The position numbers and the translations under genes are program-made. From the NCBI GenBank assembly GCA_964448235.1, contig CAYUWD010000003.1:17664-81663 (forward strand): 64,000 bases of DNA, in the 5' to 3' direction. Under the pieces are notes generated by a model. It saw only the letters and a program-made list of their open reading frames with translations, ran no database searches and had not been told where the DNA came from. Source of the DNA: an uncultured Bacteroidales bacterium (lineage in GTDB: Bacteria > Bacteroidota > Bacteroidia > Bacteroidales > ML635J-15). Positions 47,270 through 56,871 of this stretch are shown piece by piece. Numbering within the stretch: position 1 is the first letter of the stretch; every line of letters starts with the position of its first letter.

Positions 47270-47313
47270 ATAAAATAAATTCTCTTTTTTTTCTTTTTTC
47301 AAGAAACTATATA

Positions 47314-47321
47314 TATTTTTG
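47314..47321 (+). promoter_or_regulatory. Candidate -7 box (TATTTTTG) for metK
   Basis: TAnnTTTG match 117 nt upstream of the metK ATG. This is much farther than the 17-40 nt seen for the other candidate boxes here, so it predicts a long leader. Confidence 0.35.
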
Positions 47322-47327
47322 TACAGT

Positions 47328-47380
47328 TTTGTGGATGGATTTGGATGCTTGCAACCACGAATAAAAAATTGCTAAAAGTC
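47328..47380 (+). promoter_or_regulatory. Candidate SAM-II/SAM-V-class pseudoknot riboswitch in the metK leader
   Basis: P1: uuuGUGG (47328-34) pairs with CCACgaa (47355-61). Hairpin loop contains GGAUUUGG and GCUUGCAA. The 3' tail AAAAAAUUGCUAAAAGU pairs UUGC with GCAA and AAGU with GCUU, giving an H-type pseudoknot. As I recall it, this resembles the SAM-II consensus GAUUU...GCUU...AAAGCUAAAA. Confidence 0.45.
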
Positions 47381-47437
47381 GTCTGGCCAATATCTAATAA
47401 GTCCACAACTATTTATAACATTATAAAATTTATTAAT

Positions 47438-48700
47438 ATGAACTATTTTTTTACATCAGAATCCGTATCTGAAGGACATCCAGATAAAGTTTCTGATCAA
47501 ATCTCAGATGCTATTTTAGACGAATTTATGGCATTTGATTCACATTCAAAAGTTGCTTGTGAAACAATGGTTACAACAGGTCTTGTTGTAGTTGCAGGAG
47601 AAGTTAAATCGACATCTTATGTTGATGTCCAAGAAGTTACACGTAAAGTCGTAAACGAAATAGGCTATACAAAAGGAGAATATCGTTTTGATGGAAATTC
47701 TTGTGGTGTTCTTTCTGCTATTCATGAGCAATCTCCTGACATTAATCAGGGTGTTGTTAAAGGAGAAGGCCTACACAAAGAACAAGGCGCAGGCGATCAA
47801 GGGATGATGTTTGGGTATGCTTGTAAAGATACTGACGATTACATGCCATTACCTCTTGATTTGTCACATAGAATCCTTCAAGTTCTTGCAGATATCAGAA
47901 AAGAAGGCAAAGAAATGACTTATTTACGCCCTGATTCAAAATCACAAGTAACAATAGAATATAATGCAAATAATATTCCCGTAAGAATCGACACTATCGT
48001 TGTTTCTACTCAACATGATGATTTTGACAACGATGAAATAAGAATGTTAAATAAAATCAAAGAAGATATTAAAAAGATTTTATTACCAAGAGTAATTAAT
48101 GATTTACCTAAAAGAATAAAATCATTGTTCAAAGATGATTACATATTACATGTAAATCCGACAGGAAAATTCGTTATTGGAGGACCTCATGGAGATACCG
48201 GATTAACTGGTCGCAAAATCATCGTTGACACATATGGTGGAAAAGGGGCTCATGGTGGAGGTGCTTTTAGTGGGAAAGATCCTTCAAAAGTTGACAGATC
48301 TGCTGCTTATGCAGCAAGACATATTGCAAAAAATCTTGTTGCTGCTGGAGTTGCGAATGAAATACTCATCCAACTTGCATATGCAATTGGAGTTGCCGAA
48401 CCTGTAGGTGTATATACAAACACTTATGGATCTGCAAACATAGATATAACCGATTCGCAAATAGCAGATAAAATAAAGTCTATCTTTGACCTTAAACCTG
48501 CCGGGATAGAAGACAGACTAAAACTCAGAAATCCAATATATAAAGAAACTGCTTCTTATGGACACTTTGGAAGAAGTCCAAAATTTGTAAAAAAACACTT
48601 CGACTCTCCATATCAAGGTTCTAAAAACATTGAAGTAGAATTATTTACTTGGGAAAAACTCGATTATGTAGATATTATAAAAAAAGAATTCGGGATTTAG
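47438..48700 (+). CDS. metK: S-adenosylmethionine synthetase
   Basis: Start at the ATG at 47438 ([25 protein letters not shown]). [12 protein letters not shown] and [19 protein letters not shown] motifs. Confidence 0.97.
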   Translation: MNYFFTSESVSEGHPDKVSDQISDAILDEFMAFDSHSKVACETMVTTGLVVVAGEVKSTSYVDVQEVTRKVVNEIGYTKGEYRFDGNSCGVLSAIHEQSPDINQGVVKGEGLHKEQGAGDQGMMFGYACKDTDDYMPLPLDLSHRILQVLADIRKEGKEMTYLRPDSKSQVTIEYNANNIPVRIDTIVVSTQHDDFDNDEIRMLNKIKEDIKKILLPRVINDLPKRIKSLFKDDYILHVNPTGKFVIGGPHGDTGLTGRKIIVDTYGGKGAHGGGAFSGKDPSKVDRSAAYAARHIAKNLVAAGVANEILIQLAYAIGVAEPVGVYTNTYGSANIDITDSQIADKIKSIFDLKPAGIEDRLKLRNPIYKETASYGHFGRSPKFVKKHFDSPYQGSKNIEVELFTWEKLDYVDIIKKEFGI

Positions 48701-48719
48701 TTTCTAAACCCTTTTTTTA

Positions 48720-48762
48720 AACCTCCTATTTTATTTAATAAACAGATTAGGAGGTTTTTTTT
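48720..48762 (+). terminator. Rho-independent terminator of metK
   Basis: aacctccta / taggaggtt 9-bp stem with a 19-nt loop, followed by a T8 run. Confidence 0.75.
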
Positions 48763-48796
48763 ATCAATTTTACGTATTTTCGTAAAAAATTAATCA

Positions 48797-50005
48797 ATGG
48801 AAAAGTATAGAAAATATATTGTTGGATTTATTGGAATTGTACTTTTATTACTTTTTGTAATATACTTTACAAATATTATCGGTTGGATTTTAATCGCTGC
48901 TTTTGTTGCAGCAATAGGAAATCCCATCGTTGAAGGAATTCGTAAATTCCGAATTAAAAAAATTGTCACACCTAAATGGTTAGCTGCTCTTTTAACAATA
49001 ATCATAATGTGGTTTATTGTTATTATTGCATTTAGATTATTAGTTCCTCTTGTAATTGATCAAATAAGCGACTTTCAGGCAGTTGACATTGAAACAGTCT
49101 CTGAAGGGCTCGAAAAACCAATAAATAATGTTGACGAATTCATTCAACAAACCCCTATTTTAAATCAACCAGATTTTTCAACTGAAGATTTTATTATTGA
49201 AAAAATTACTTCTATTGTAAATTTTGGTTCTGTAGGATCATTAGTAAATGACTTAGGTGGAACAGCTGCGAATTTATTCTTATCATTGTTTTCTATTACT
49301 TTTATTAGCTTTTTCTTTCTCAAAGACAAACATCTTTTCGACAAAGGCGTATTAGCATTAGTTCCCAACAAATATGAAACAAAAACTCAAAAAGTTTTAA
49401 AATCTGTTCGCAATCTTATTGCTAGATATCTTTTAGGAGTAATATTAGAAACAATATTTATGATGACATTACTGACTTTAGGCCTTTATCTCATAGGTGT
49501 TGAGTTTCATCTTGCATTACTAGTTGGCATGATTGGAGGAACATTAAATATAATCCCGTACATCGGACCTTGGATTGGCGCAGCAATAGGAATCATTCTA
49601 ATTACAACTGCAAATATTAATCTCGACTTCTATAATGAAATAATGCCTTTAATTTTTAAGATACTTGGTGTCGTTGTTGTCGCTCAATTAACAGACAATA
49701 TTTTATTTCAACCACTAATTTACTCTAAAAGTGTCAAAGCTCATCCATTAGAAATATTTATAGTAATTATAGTAGCTGGAAGTCTATATGGCGTGCTTGG
49801 AATGATGTTAGCCATACCAAGTTATACTGTCATTAGAGTTATTGCTAAAGAGTTCTTAGACGAATATAAATTTGTGCACACCTTAACACATAATATGGAT
49901 AAAATAGAAAAATCCAGAGTACATATTAAGCATAAAAAAAACAAATCTAAAGAACACGATAAAAAGTCTAATTCAGAAAACGAAGACAATAATGCAGATA
50001 TTTAA
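48797..50005 (+). CDS. AI-2E family transporter (PerM-like permease)
   Basis: Multi-TM protein with a NIIPYIGPWIGAAIG motif and a charged K/E/N-rich tail; 402 aa. Confidence 0.8.
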   Translation: MEKYRKYIVGFIGIVLLLLFVIYFTNIIGWILIAAFVAAIGNPIVEGIRKFRIKKIVTPKWLAALLTIIIMWFIVIIAFRLLVPLVIDQISDFQAVDIETVSEGLEKPINNVDEFIQQTPILNQPDFSTEDFIIEKITSIVNFGSVGSLVNDLGGTAANLFLSLFSITFISFFFLKDKHLFDKGVLALVPNKYETKTQKVLKSVRNLIARYLLGVILETIFMMTLLTLGLYLIGVEFHLALLVGMIGGTLNIIPYIGPWIGAAIGIILITTANINLDFYNEIMPLIFKILGVVVVAQLTDNILFQPLIYSKSVKAHPLEIFIVIIVAGSLYGVLGMMLAIPSYTVIRVIAKEFLDEYKFVHTLTHNMDKIEKSRVHIKHKKNKSKEHDKKSNSENEDNNADI

Positions 50006-51236
50006 ATTTGGTGGAGCATCAATAAAAACGCCAGATGCTTTAGATAATATTCAAAAAATTGTAATGAACCAAAACGATTTGGTAATTGTAGTTTCTGCTA
50101 TTGACAAAACGACAAACAAACTCGAGTCTCTTGTAGATAGTTATGTTAATGATGATAATAATACTTATAATATTTTTAATCAAATAAAAGATTTTCATTT
50201 AAGCTTTGCTAAAATTGCTTTAGGTAAAAATTATAGCAATATTCAAAATCCCATTTTAACAATTTTTGATTCTCTGAAAAAGATAATTATAAATAAATCT
50301 CCTTATACATATGACAAACTTTATGATGAAATTGTATCACATGGCGAATTATTAAGTTCTCTTATCTTATCAGAATTTTTATCCACTAAAGGAATCATAA
50401 ATCAGCTTATTGATATTAGATTTCACATTATTACGGATTCGAATAATCGAGATGCAAAAATATTATGGGATAAGTCTAAAGACAATATTAAAAATGTTTT
50501 TTTAAAAAATCAAATATATGTTACTCAAGGATTTATAGGAAGAGATCAATATGGTGTTAATACTACTCTTGGTAGAGAAGGTTCAGACTACACTGCATCT
50601 GCACTAGCATATATTTTAAATGCAAAAAGTGTTACTATTTGGAAAAATGTCCCAGGAATAATGAATGCCGATCCAGCTTGGTGTAGTTTTGCCGAAAAGA
50701 TTGACTATCTTTCGTTTAGGGAAGCTATAGAATTAGCATTTTATGGAGCAAAAATCATTCACCCTAAAACCATAAAACCTTTAGAGAATAAAGAAATCCC
50801 ACTATATGTAAAGCCCTTTTTAAATCCGGACAAAAAAGGTACAGAAATAAAAAAACTAGACTACAAGCTTAAACTAATGCCTATTTATATTTTGAAAGAG
50901 AATCAGATCTTACTTTCGGTTTCACCAAGAGATTTTTCATTTATAGTAGAAGAGAACATTAGTAAATTATTTGGATTATTTTCTAAATACAAAATGAAAG
51001 TTAACATTACTCAAAACTCTGCAATAAGTTTTTCAGCATCATTAGATGGTAATAATAGAAATTTTGACAAACTGATCGAAGATTTAAATGTTGAGTATTT
51101 TGTTAAGTATAATACTGATTTAGAACTTATTACAATACGTTATTACAATGATGACTCTATTAGAAAAATGACAATGCATCGTCACGTTCTTGTATCTCAA
51201 AAGAGCAGGACAACAGCACGTTTTGTTTTATCGTAA
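49992..51236 (+). CDS. lysC: Aspartate kinase
   Basis: MQIFKFGGASI, TLGREGSDYTA, and two ACT-like C-terminal segments; 414 aa. Overlaps the upstream gene by 14 nt. Confidence 0.9.
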   Translation: MQIFKFGGASIKTPDALDNIQKIVMNQNDLVIVVSAIDKTTNKLESLVDSYVNDDNNTYNIFNQIKDFHLSFAKIALGKNYSNIQNPILTIFDSLKKIIINKSPYTYDKLYDEIVSHGELLSSLILSEFLSTKGIINQLIDIRFHIITDSNNRDAKILWDKSKDNIKNVFLKNQIYVTQGFIGRDQYGVNTTLGREGSDYTASALAYILNAKSVTIWKNVPGIMNADPAWCSFAEKIDYLSFREAIELAFYGAKIIHPKTIKPLENKEIPLYVKPFLNPDKKGTEIKKLDYKLKLMPIYILKENQILLSVSPRDFSFIVEENISKLFGLFSKYKMKVNITQNSAISFSASLDGNNRNFDKLIEDLNVEYFVKYNTDLELITIRYYNDDSIRKMTMHRHVLVSQKSRTTARFVLS

Positions 51237-51237
51237 T

Positions 51238-51891
51238 TTATACTTTTCTACCATATGCTAAATCTCCTGCATCTCCTAAACCGGGAACAATATAAGATTT
51301 AACTGTTAATTCATCGTCAATTGCTCCAACCCAAATACTTATTTCATTTTCAGGTAATACTCTTTCAATATAATCTAGTCCCTCCTGACTTGCAATAATA
51401 GCAGCAACATGTACATGTTTTGGTTTACCATAATCCAATAATCCTTTATATGCTAGTTCAATACTTCCGCCACTAGCTAACATAGGATCATTTATAATTA
51501 CAATTCTATCTTCAACTGGCGGTGAAGATATATAGTCTATTTTTATCTCAAATTGACCACTCTTATCATATTTTCTATAACCTGCAATAAAAGCACTATC
51601 TGCATGGTCAAAGTAATTAATAAATCCCTGATGAAATGGCAATCCTGCACGCAATATTGTTGCCACAACTGGTTGTTCTTGTAATATTGGAACTTGAGCT
51701 ATTCCAAGGGGAGTTGTAATATCCTCATCTGAAAATGGGAATTCCTTGCTCATTTCATACGCAATAACTTCGCCCATACGAGCAAGATTCTTTCTAAATC
51801 TTGCTCGATCAAGTTGTATTTCATGATCTCGTATTTCTGAAACAAATTGATCTAATAATGTTCCTTTTCCACCTAAATTACAAATCCTCAT
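51238..51891 (-). CDS. upp: Uracil phosphoribosyltransferase
   Basis: ILRAGLPF, a PRPP loop (IINDPMLASGGS), and a C-terminal YIVPGLGDAGD; 217 aa. Confidence 0.93.
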   Translation of the reverse strand: MRICNLGGKGTLLDQFVSEIRDHEIQLDRARFRKNLARMGEVIAYEMSKEFPFSDEDITTPLGIAQVPILQEQPVVATILRAGLPFHQGFINYFDHADSAFIAGYRKYDKSGQFEIKIDYISSPPVEDRIVIINDPMLASGGSIELAYKGLLDYGKPKHVHVAAIIASQEGLDYIERVLPENEISIWVGAIDDELTVKSYIVPGLGDAGDLAYGRKV

Positions 51892-52018
51892 TATAAAAAA
51901 CTTTAATAACTATTACAATTAATGCTAAACCACAATAAACTAACCTTACATTTTATTAAATCTTTAAAGTGTAATATTAATAATTATATATGTAAAATAC
52001 TAAAATAAATTATGTTTT

Positions 52019-53203
52019 TTAAATTGTATTGTATGGATATCTTTCAAAATGAATTTTGCGTACCATATTAAATAATAACTTTTTAAATTCATCAATATTT
52101 TCTTTTTCCTTTGCTGAAACAAACACACAAGGAAATGTACTTTTGGCAAAATATACATTTTTTAAATCCTCTAAGGAAAAATTTCTTTTAGTTTTAGGTG
52201 TAAGATCATCATTTTCTTTTGGAATAAAAGTAAATTGGTCAATTTTATTAAAAACAACTAAGACAGGTTTATCAAGAACATTAAGCTCTTTCAAAGTTTC
52301 ATTCACAATAAGCATATGTTCATCAAAAGAAGGATGAGATATGTCAACAATATGTATAATTAAATCTGATTCACGAGTTTCATCAAGTGTAGATTTAAAA
52401 CTTTCGATTAATTTATGTGGTAATTTTCGTATAAAGCCAACGGTATCACTCAATAAAAAAGGTAAATTATCAATTACTACTTTACGCACAGTAGTATCTA
52501 AAGTTGCAAAAAGTTTATTTTCGGCCAACACATCAGATTTACTTAACAAATTCATTATTGTTGATTTACCAACATTTGTATATCCAACCAAAGCAATTCG
52601 GACCATTTGGCCTCTATTTTTTCTTTGTTGAAACATTTGTTTATCAATTTTAATAAGATCCTTTTTTAACTTTGAGATTTTATCTAAGATAATTCGTCTA
52701 TCTGTTTCTATCTGAGATTCACCCGGTCCCCTCATACCGATCCCCCCTCTTTGTCTTTCCAAATGCGTCCACATTCTTGTAAGTCGTGGTAAGATATATT
52801 GATATTGTGCTAATTCTACTTGAGTTTTTGCATGTGCAGTTCTTGCTCTTTGAGCAAAAATGTCGAGAATAAGATTTGTTCTATCAATAATTTTTATTTT
52901 CAAGAACTTTTCAATATTTCTTAATTGAGTCGGGCTTAATTCATCATCAAAAATTACTAAATCAATATTAGTTTGAACAATATAATTTTTTACTTCTGTT
53001 AATTTCCCTTTACCAACATAATACTTTGGGTTTGGAACAGGAATACTTTGAATAAAATTTTTCTTCGGTTCGACACCGGCTGTTTTTGCAAGAAAATCCA
53101 ATTCATTAAGATATTCGATAACTTGTTCTCGCTTTTGATCTTTATTTATCACGCCTACTAAAACTGCTTTTTCCAAATATTCCTTACTAATCATAGTGCC
53201 CAT
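52019..53203 (-). CDS. hflX: GTPase HflX
   Basis: HflX N-domain (ILDIFAQRARTAHAKTQVELAQ), G1 motif GYTNVGKST, DTVGF, and NKID. Confidence 0.95.
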   Translation of the reverse strand: MGTMISKEYLEKAVLVGVINKDQKREQVIEYLNELDFLAKTAGVEPKKNFIQSIPVPNPKYYVGKGKLTEVKNYIVQTNIDLVIFDDELSPTQLRNIEKFLKIKIIDRTNLILDIFAQRARTAHAKTQVELAQYQYILPRLTRMWTHLERQRGGIGMRGPGESQIETDRRIILDKISKLKKDLIKIDKQMFQQRKNRGQMVRIALVGYTNVGKSTIMNLLSKSDVLAENKLFATLDTTVRKVVIDNLPFLLSDTVGFIRKLPHKLIESFKSTLDETRESDLIIHIVDISHPSFDEHMLIVNETLKELNVLDKPVLVVFNKIDQFTFIPKENDDLTPKTKRNFSLEDLKNVYFAKSTFPCVFVSAKEKENIDEFKKLLFNMVRKIHFERYPYNTI

Positions 53204-53220
53204 ATTCCCTTAATTGTATA

Positions 53221-53250
53221 TAAAAAGACCCTGTCCAAAAAGACAGGGTC
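53221..53250 (-). terminator. Rho-independent terminator of tonB paralog 1
   Basis: gaccctgtc / gacagggtc 9-bp GC-rich stem with a 6-nt loop. On the minus strand it is followed by ttttta. Confidence 0.8.
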
Positions 53251-53273
53251 ACACATATCTAATGTATATATTT

Positions 53274-53969
53274 TTAATATAATTTAAAATTAATTGGTAC
53301 AACAAAAGTAACAGGAACTGCTTTCCCTCTTTGTTTTCCTGGTGTCCAATTAGGTAACATTGCCACAACTCTTTTTGCTTCTGCATCCAAATATGGATCA
53401 ACACCTTTAGCAACTTGCACCTTAGTAACACGCCCTGTCTTATCTATAACAAACTGAATAAATACTCTTCCTTGAATACCATTTTCTTTTGCTATTTCAG
53501 GATATTTAGTGTTATCTGCAATAAATTTCATTAAAGCAGCATCTCCACCCGGAAATACAGGCTTATCTTCAACTACAGCAAAAGCAATTGGCTCAATTTC
53601 CTCTTCAACTTCAACTTCTTCAGTTGTAATAATATTTGTATTTGTACTTGTATTCTCATCAGCTTCAGAATCTATATTTATATCATCAACTTCCACATCA
53701 TCTTCTACAACTACAAGTTCTTCAATAACTTGTTCAGGTTCTTCAATCTCTTGTTCAACTTCTTCGGGTTGTTCTTCCTCAAAAGTGTTTTCAATCTCTT
53801 CTTCAAATACCTCATCCATATTTAAGTCTCCAAGATTACTTTGAGAAACTTCTTCTGTTGTCCATTCAAATGCTACTAAACAAATTGCAAGAGCAATTGC
53901 TAAACCGATTTCAAGAAAAATCATTTTTTTCTTTTCCAAATCTACTTTTGGTGATTTTTTTATTTGCAT
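53274..53969 (-). CDS. tonB: Energy transducer TonB (paralog 1, acidic Glu-rich linker)
   Basis: N-terminal anchor FLEIGLAIALAICLVAFEW, an E/D-rich linker, and a TonB_C domain (PVFPGGDAALMKFI...YPEIAKENGIQGRVFIQFVIDKTGRV...PGKQRGKAV). Confidence 0.9.
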   Translation of the reverse strand: MQIKKSPKVDLEKKKMIFLEIGLAIALAICLVAFEWTTEEVSQSNLGDLNMDEVFEEEIENTFEEEQPEEVEQEIEEPEQVIEELVVVEDDVEVDDINIDSEADENTSTNTNIITTEEVEVEEEIEPIAFAVVEDKPVFPGGDAALMKFIADNTKYPEIAKENGIQGRVFIQFVIDKTGRVTKVQVAKGVDPYLDAEAKRVVAMLPNWTPGKQRGKAVPVTFVVPINFKLY

Positions 53970-54123
53970 TTTTTTAAATTTTAATTGTGTAAAATTAGTG
54001 ATTTTCTATTTTTCTGCCAAACATTAACAGCATTTTTTCTACTAAATGATACAAAACAGAACATTATTCCATAAAAACGTCCATTTTTTTTTATTTAAAA
54101 CAATAAAACTAAAAATATTTCTA

Positions 54124-54144
54124 CCACAAACGGCTTTAGCCCTC
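54124..54144. repeat. Conserved 21-mer ccacaaacggctttagccctc (copy 1), 155 nt upstream of tonB paralog 1
   Basis: Identical to 56254..56274. It is a GC-rich island in an AT-rich 487-nt intergenic region. Confidence 0.8.
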
Positions 54145-54426
54145 GCTACAACAAATTACTCAACGCATTTCAACTAATTCAGTTTTATGCAATAATTATC
54201 AACTTACATCTCATAATATTTATCCAAATTTTTAATATAATCTAGTTTATATTTAATAAGTATTAGAAAAGTATTATCTATCAAAATAATGGTAGAAACC
54301 TAAAAAATAATTGTATAAATTTTATAACATAATTATTTACTATATCGTGTATTGATTTATTAGAGTCCTAAATCCCCCTTTGTTATAATCCATTAATTTC
54401 ATTTACTAAATATCTTCTCATTATAT

Positions 54427-54434
54427 TACTTTTG
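54427..54434 (+). promoter_or_regulatory. Candidate -7 box (TACTTTTG) for the EamA transporter gene
   Basis: TAnnTTTG match 23 nt upstream of the ATG at 54457. Confidence 0.35.
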
Positions 54435-54456
54435 TAAAATTAAGTTTAATAAACAC

Positions 54457-55365
54457 ATGGGAAACTACACAGGTGAAATTTTTGCAGTTGCAACCTCTTT
54501 TATGTGGACAATAAGTGCATTAGCATTTGAATCAGGAGGGAAAAAAATTGGATCCCTTCCATTAAACTTTATTCGTCTATTATTTGCTTTTGTTTTTATT
54601 TCTATTTACTCATATTTTTCAAGGGGCTTGCCTTTTGCAACAGATGCTAGTCTAACCACATGGGCCTGGTTAATATTATCTGGTTTAGTTGGATTAGTAA
54701 TTGGTGATTTAATGCTTTTTAAAGCATATGTTTTAATAGGCTCCAGAATTTCTATGTTAATTTTATCCTTAGTCCCTCCCATAACAGCTTTTTTCGGATG
54801 GTTAATTTTAGACGAAACTCTAAAAGGGCAACAAATTATTGCCATGTTAGTTACATTAATCGGAATTTGTATTGTATTGCTTTCAAAGAAACAACCTGAT
54901 GCATTACAACAAAACAAAAAAAAGCAACGAAAAAACATTATTGGATATTTTTTAGCTTTTGGCGGTGCAATTGGTCAATCAGGTGGTTTAGTTTTAAGTA
55001 AAAAAGGAATGGGAAACTATGATGCTTTTGCATCTACTCAAATTCGAATAATTGCAGGAATTATTGGTTTTGCAATAATTATAAGTTTTGCAAAATTATG
55101 GAAAAAGACCTTTATAGGTATGAAAAACGCTTCTGCTATGAAAAGTATTTCTCTTGGAGCTTTTACCGGACCTTTTTTAGGAGTTTCTTTTAGTCTTTTA
55201 GCAGTTCAATTTATTGAAACAGGGATTGCAGCCACTCTTTCTTCTTTAGCTCCTGTAATAATAATTTTACCTTCAATGTTGATTTTTAAAGAAAAAATTC
55301 ATGTGATGGAAATTATTGGAGCAATTATTTCTGTAATTGGTGTTGCAATTTTTTTCTGGAATTAA
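54457..55365 (+). CDS. DMT-superfamily (EamA-like) transporter
   Basis: About 10 TM helices arranged as two EamA-like halves; 302 aa. Confidence 0.8.
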   Translation: MGNYTGEIFAVATSFMWTISALAFESGGKKIGSLPLNFIRLLFAFVFISIYSYFSRGLPFATDASLTTWAWLILSGLVGLVIGDLMLFKAYVLIGSRISMLILSLVPPITAFFGWLILDETLKGQQIIAMLVTLIGICIVLLSKKQPDALQQNKKKQRKNIIGYFLAFGGAIGQSGGLVLSKKGMGNYDAFASTQIRIIAGIIGFAIIISFAKLWKKTFIGMKNASAMKSISLGAFTGPFLGVSFSLLAVQFIETGIAATLSSLAPVIIILPSMLIFKEKIHVMEIIGAIISVIGVAIFFWN

Positions 55366-55389
55366 AAAACCGACATTTCTGTCGGTTTT
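55364..55389. terminator. Bidirectional terminator between the EamA gene and tonB paralog 2
   Basis: accgaca-tttc-tgtcggt 7-bp stem, with an A6 run upstream and a T4 run downstream, between convergent genes. Confidence 0.7.
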
Positions 55390-55397
55390 CACATTTT

Positions 55398-56090
55398 CTA
55401 CTCTAAATTAAAGTTTATCGGCAACACAAAAGTCACGGGTACAGGCATATCTCTTTGTTTTCCTGGTTTCCATCTAGGAAACAAGGATACAATCCTTAAT
55501 GCTTCTGCATCAAGATATGGATCTACTCCTATTGCTATTACAGGATCTACAACTTTGCCAGTTTCGTCTATTACAAATTGCACATATACCTTACCTTCTA
55601 CGCCATTTTCTTTTGGTATCGAAGGATATACAGAAATACTATGAATAAATTTAAACATCTCCTTTTCTCCACCAGGATATTCAGGTTTATCTTTTACTTC
55701 GTAAAAAGGAATAGGCTCCACAGGGTCGTCTATTACTACCGGTTCATCTGAGACAATAATCTTTGGAATACTTTTATTTTTTGCTTCGCTATCGAATTTA
55801 ATTTTATCAACTTTTTTATTATTTTCAACAACTGTTAGCTCTTCAATTATTTTTTCTTCTTCTACTTTCGGTGGTTCCTGTTTTGGTGGTGGTGGCTCTT
55901 CTTTTGTAATAGGTATCATTTCTATTGATTCATCTCCATTAGATAAATTCCCAAGATCTACAGTATTTACATCATCACTTGACCATTCAAAAGCTGCTAA
56001 ACATATCCCTAATGCAATAATAAATCCAATTTCAAGGAATAATCCTCTTTTCCGTTCCAAATCTACTTTGGGTGATTTTTTTGATTTCAT
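55398..56090 (-). CDS. tonB: Energy transducer TonB (paralog 2, Pro/Glu/Lys linker)
   Basis: Same architecture as 53274..53969, but the linker contains KEEPPPPKQEPPKVEEE. TonB_C: PEYPGGEKEMFKFI...YPSIPKENGVEGKVYVQFVIDETGKV...PGKQRDMPV. Confidence 0.9.
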   Translation of the reverse strand: MKSKKSPKVDLERKRGLFLEIGFIIALGICLAAFEWSSDDVNTVDLGNLSNGDESIEMIPITKEEPPPPKQEPPKVEEEKIIEELTVVENNKKVDKIKFDSEAKNKSIPKIIVSDEPVVIDDPVEPIPFYEVKDKPEYPGGEKEMFKFIHSISVYPSIPKENGVEGKVYVQFVIDETGKVVDPVIAIGVDPYLDAEALRIVSLFPRWKPGKQRDMPVPVTFVLPINFNLE

Positions 56091-56253
56091 GTCATTAAAT
56101 TTTAAGTGAATAAAACATTAAATAATTCTTATTTCTTTGTAAATGTTTATTCAATATGATACATATTTAATGACTATTCCACAAATGCTTATAAATATAA
56201 AGCGATAAATTTTAGATTTTATTATGTTTTGGGCAAGATTAATGGAAGAATTG

Positions 56254-56274
56254 CCACAAACGGCTTTAGCCCTC
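56254..56274. repeat. Conserved 21-mer ccacaaacggctttagccctc (copy 2), 164 nt upstream of tonB paralog 2
   Basis: Identical to 54124..54144; lies in a 433-nt AT-rich intergenic region. Confidence 0.8.
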
Positions 56275-56523
56275 AACGAAGTTAAATCACGAAAGCACTA
56301 AAACGAGATTAATTAGATTTTTTTTCCTGTTGTTCATATAGTACTCTATTAAGTAAATTATTCGTTTTTGTCATGATTTTTTCAAAAATCCCGCCAAAAC
56401 CACATTACTTTATCACATAGTCTGATGATATCGCTACACAATAAGGTAGATAATTTAAAATTAAGAAATGAGTGACCTTCCAATAAAATATATCATTAAA
56501 AAAAGTCGATTAACAAATAACTA

Positions 56524-56865
56524 TTAACTTTTAGTCAACAAATCCCAATATTCAATAGCTCTACGAGTATGTGGAATTACAATTGTACCACCAACAACAT
56601 TAGCAACGCCAAAAACATCCATTATTTCATCCGTTGTAATTCCTAGTTTATAGCAGGTTTCGAGATGATATTTAACACAATCATCACATCTTAAAACCAT
56701 AGACGCTACTAAACCTAACATTTCTTTTGTTTTAGAATCCAGAGCTGAATCCTGATAAGTTAAATTATCAAGACTGTAAATTCGTTTAATAATTTTATTG
56801 TCTTTTTCAAGAAGCTTTTCGTTCATCTCAGAACGATACTTACGAAATTCTTCAATTTTGCTCAT
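56524..56865 (-). CDS. Carboxymuconolactone decarboxylase (AhpD-like) family protein
   Basis: KTKEMLGLVASMVLRCDDCVKYHLETCYKLGITTDEI, i.e. the CMD-family CxxC/H helix pattern; 113 aa. Confidence 0.8.
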   Translation of the reverse strand: MSKIEEFRKYRSEMNEKLLEKDNKIIKRIYSLDNLTYQDSALDSKTKEMLGLVASMVLRCDDCVKYHLETCYKLGITTDEIMDVFGVANVVGGTIVIPHTRRAIEYWDLLTKS

Positions 56866-56871
56866 AATCTT

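Noticed and set aside
47345-47437. ORF-track start of metK at 47345, adding 31 aa.
   Set aside because: MetK homologs begin near the ...[11 protein letters not shown] motif, and the ATG at 47438 gives that. The extension overlaps the structured leader, which is a riboswitch candidate.
56224-56301. A 25-codon ORF (MFWARLMEELPQTALALNEVKSRKH) spanning the conserved 21-mer, considered as a conserved leader peptide.
   Set aside because: At the other copy of the 21-mer (54124..54144) the same frame has no start codon after the upstream in-frame stop, so the conservation is not explained by a shared small protein.
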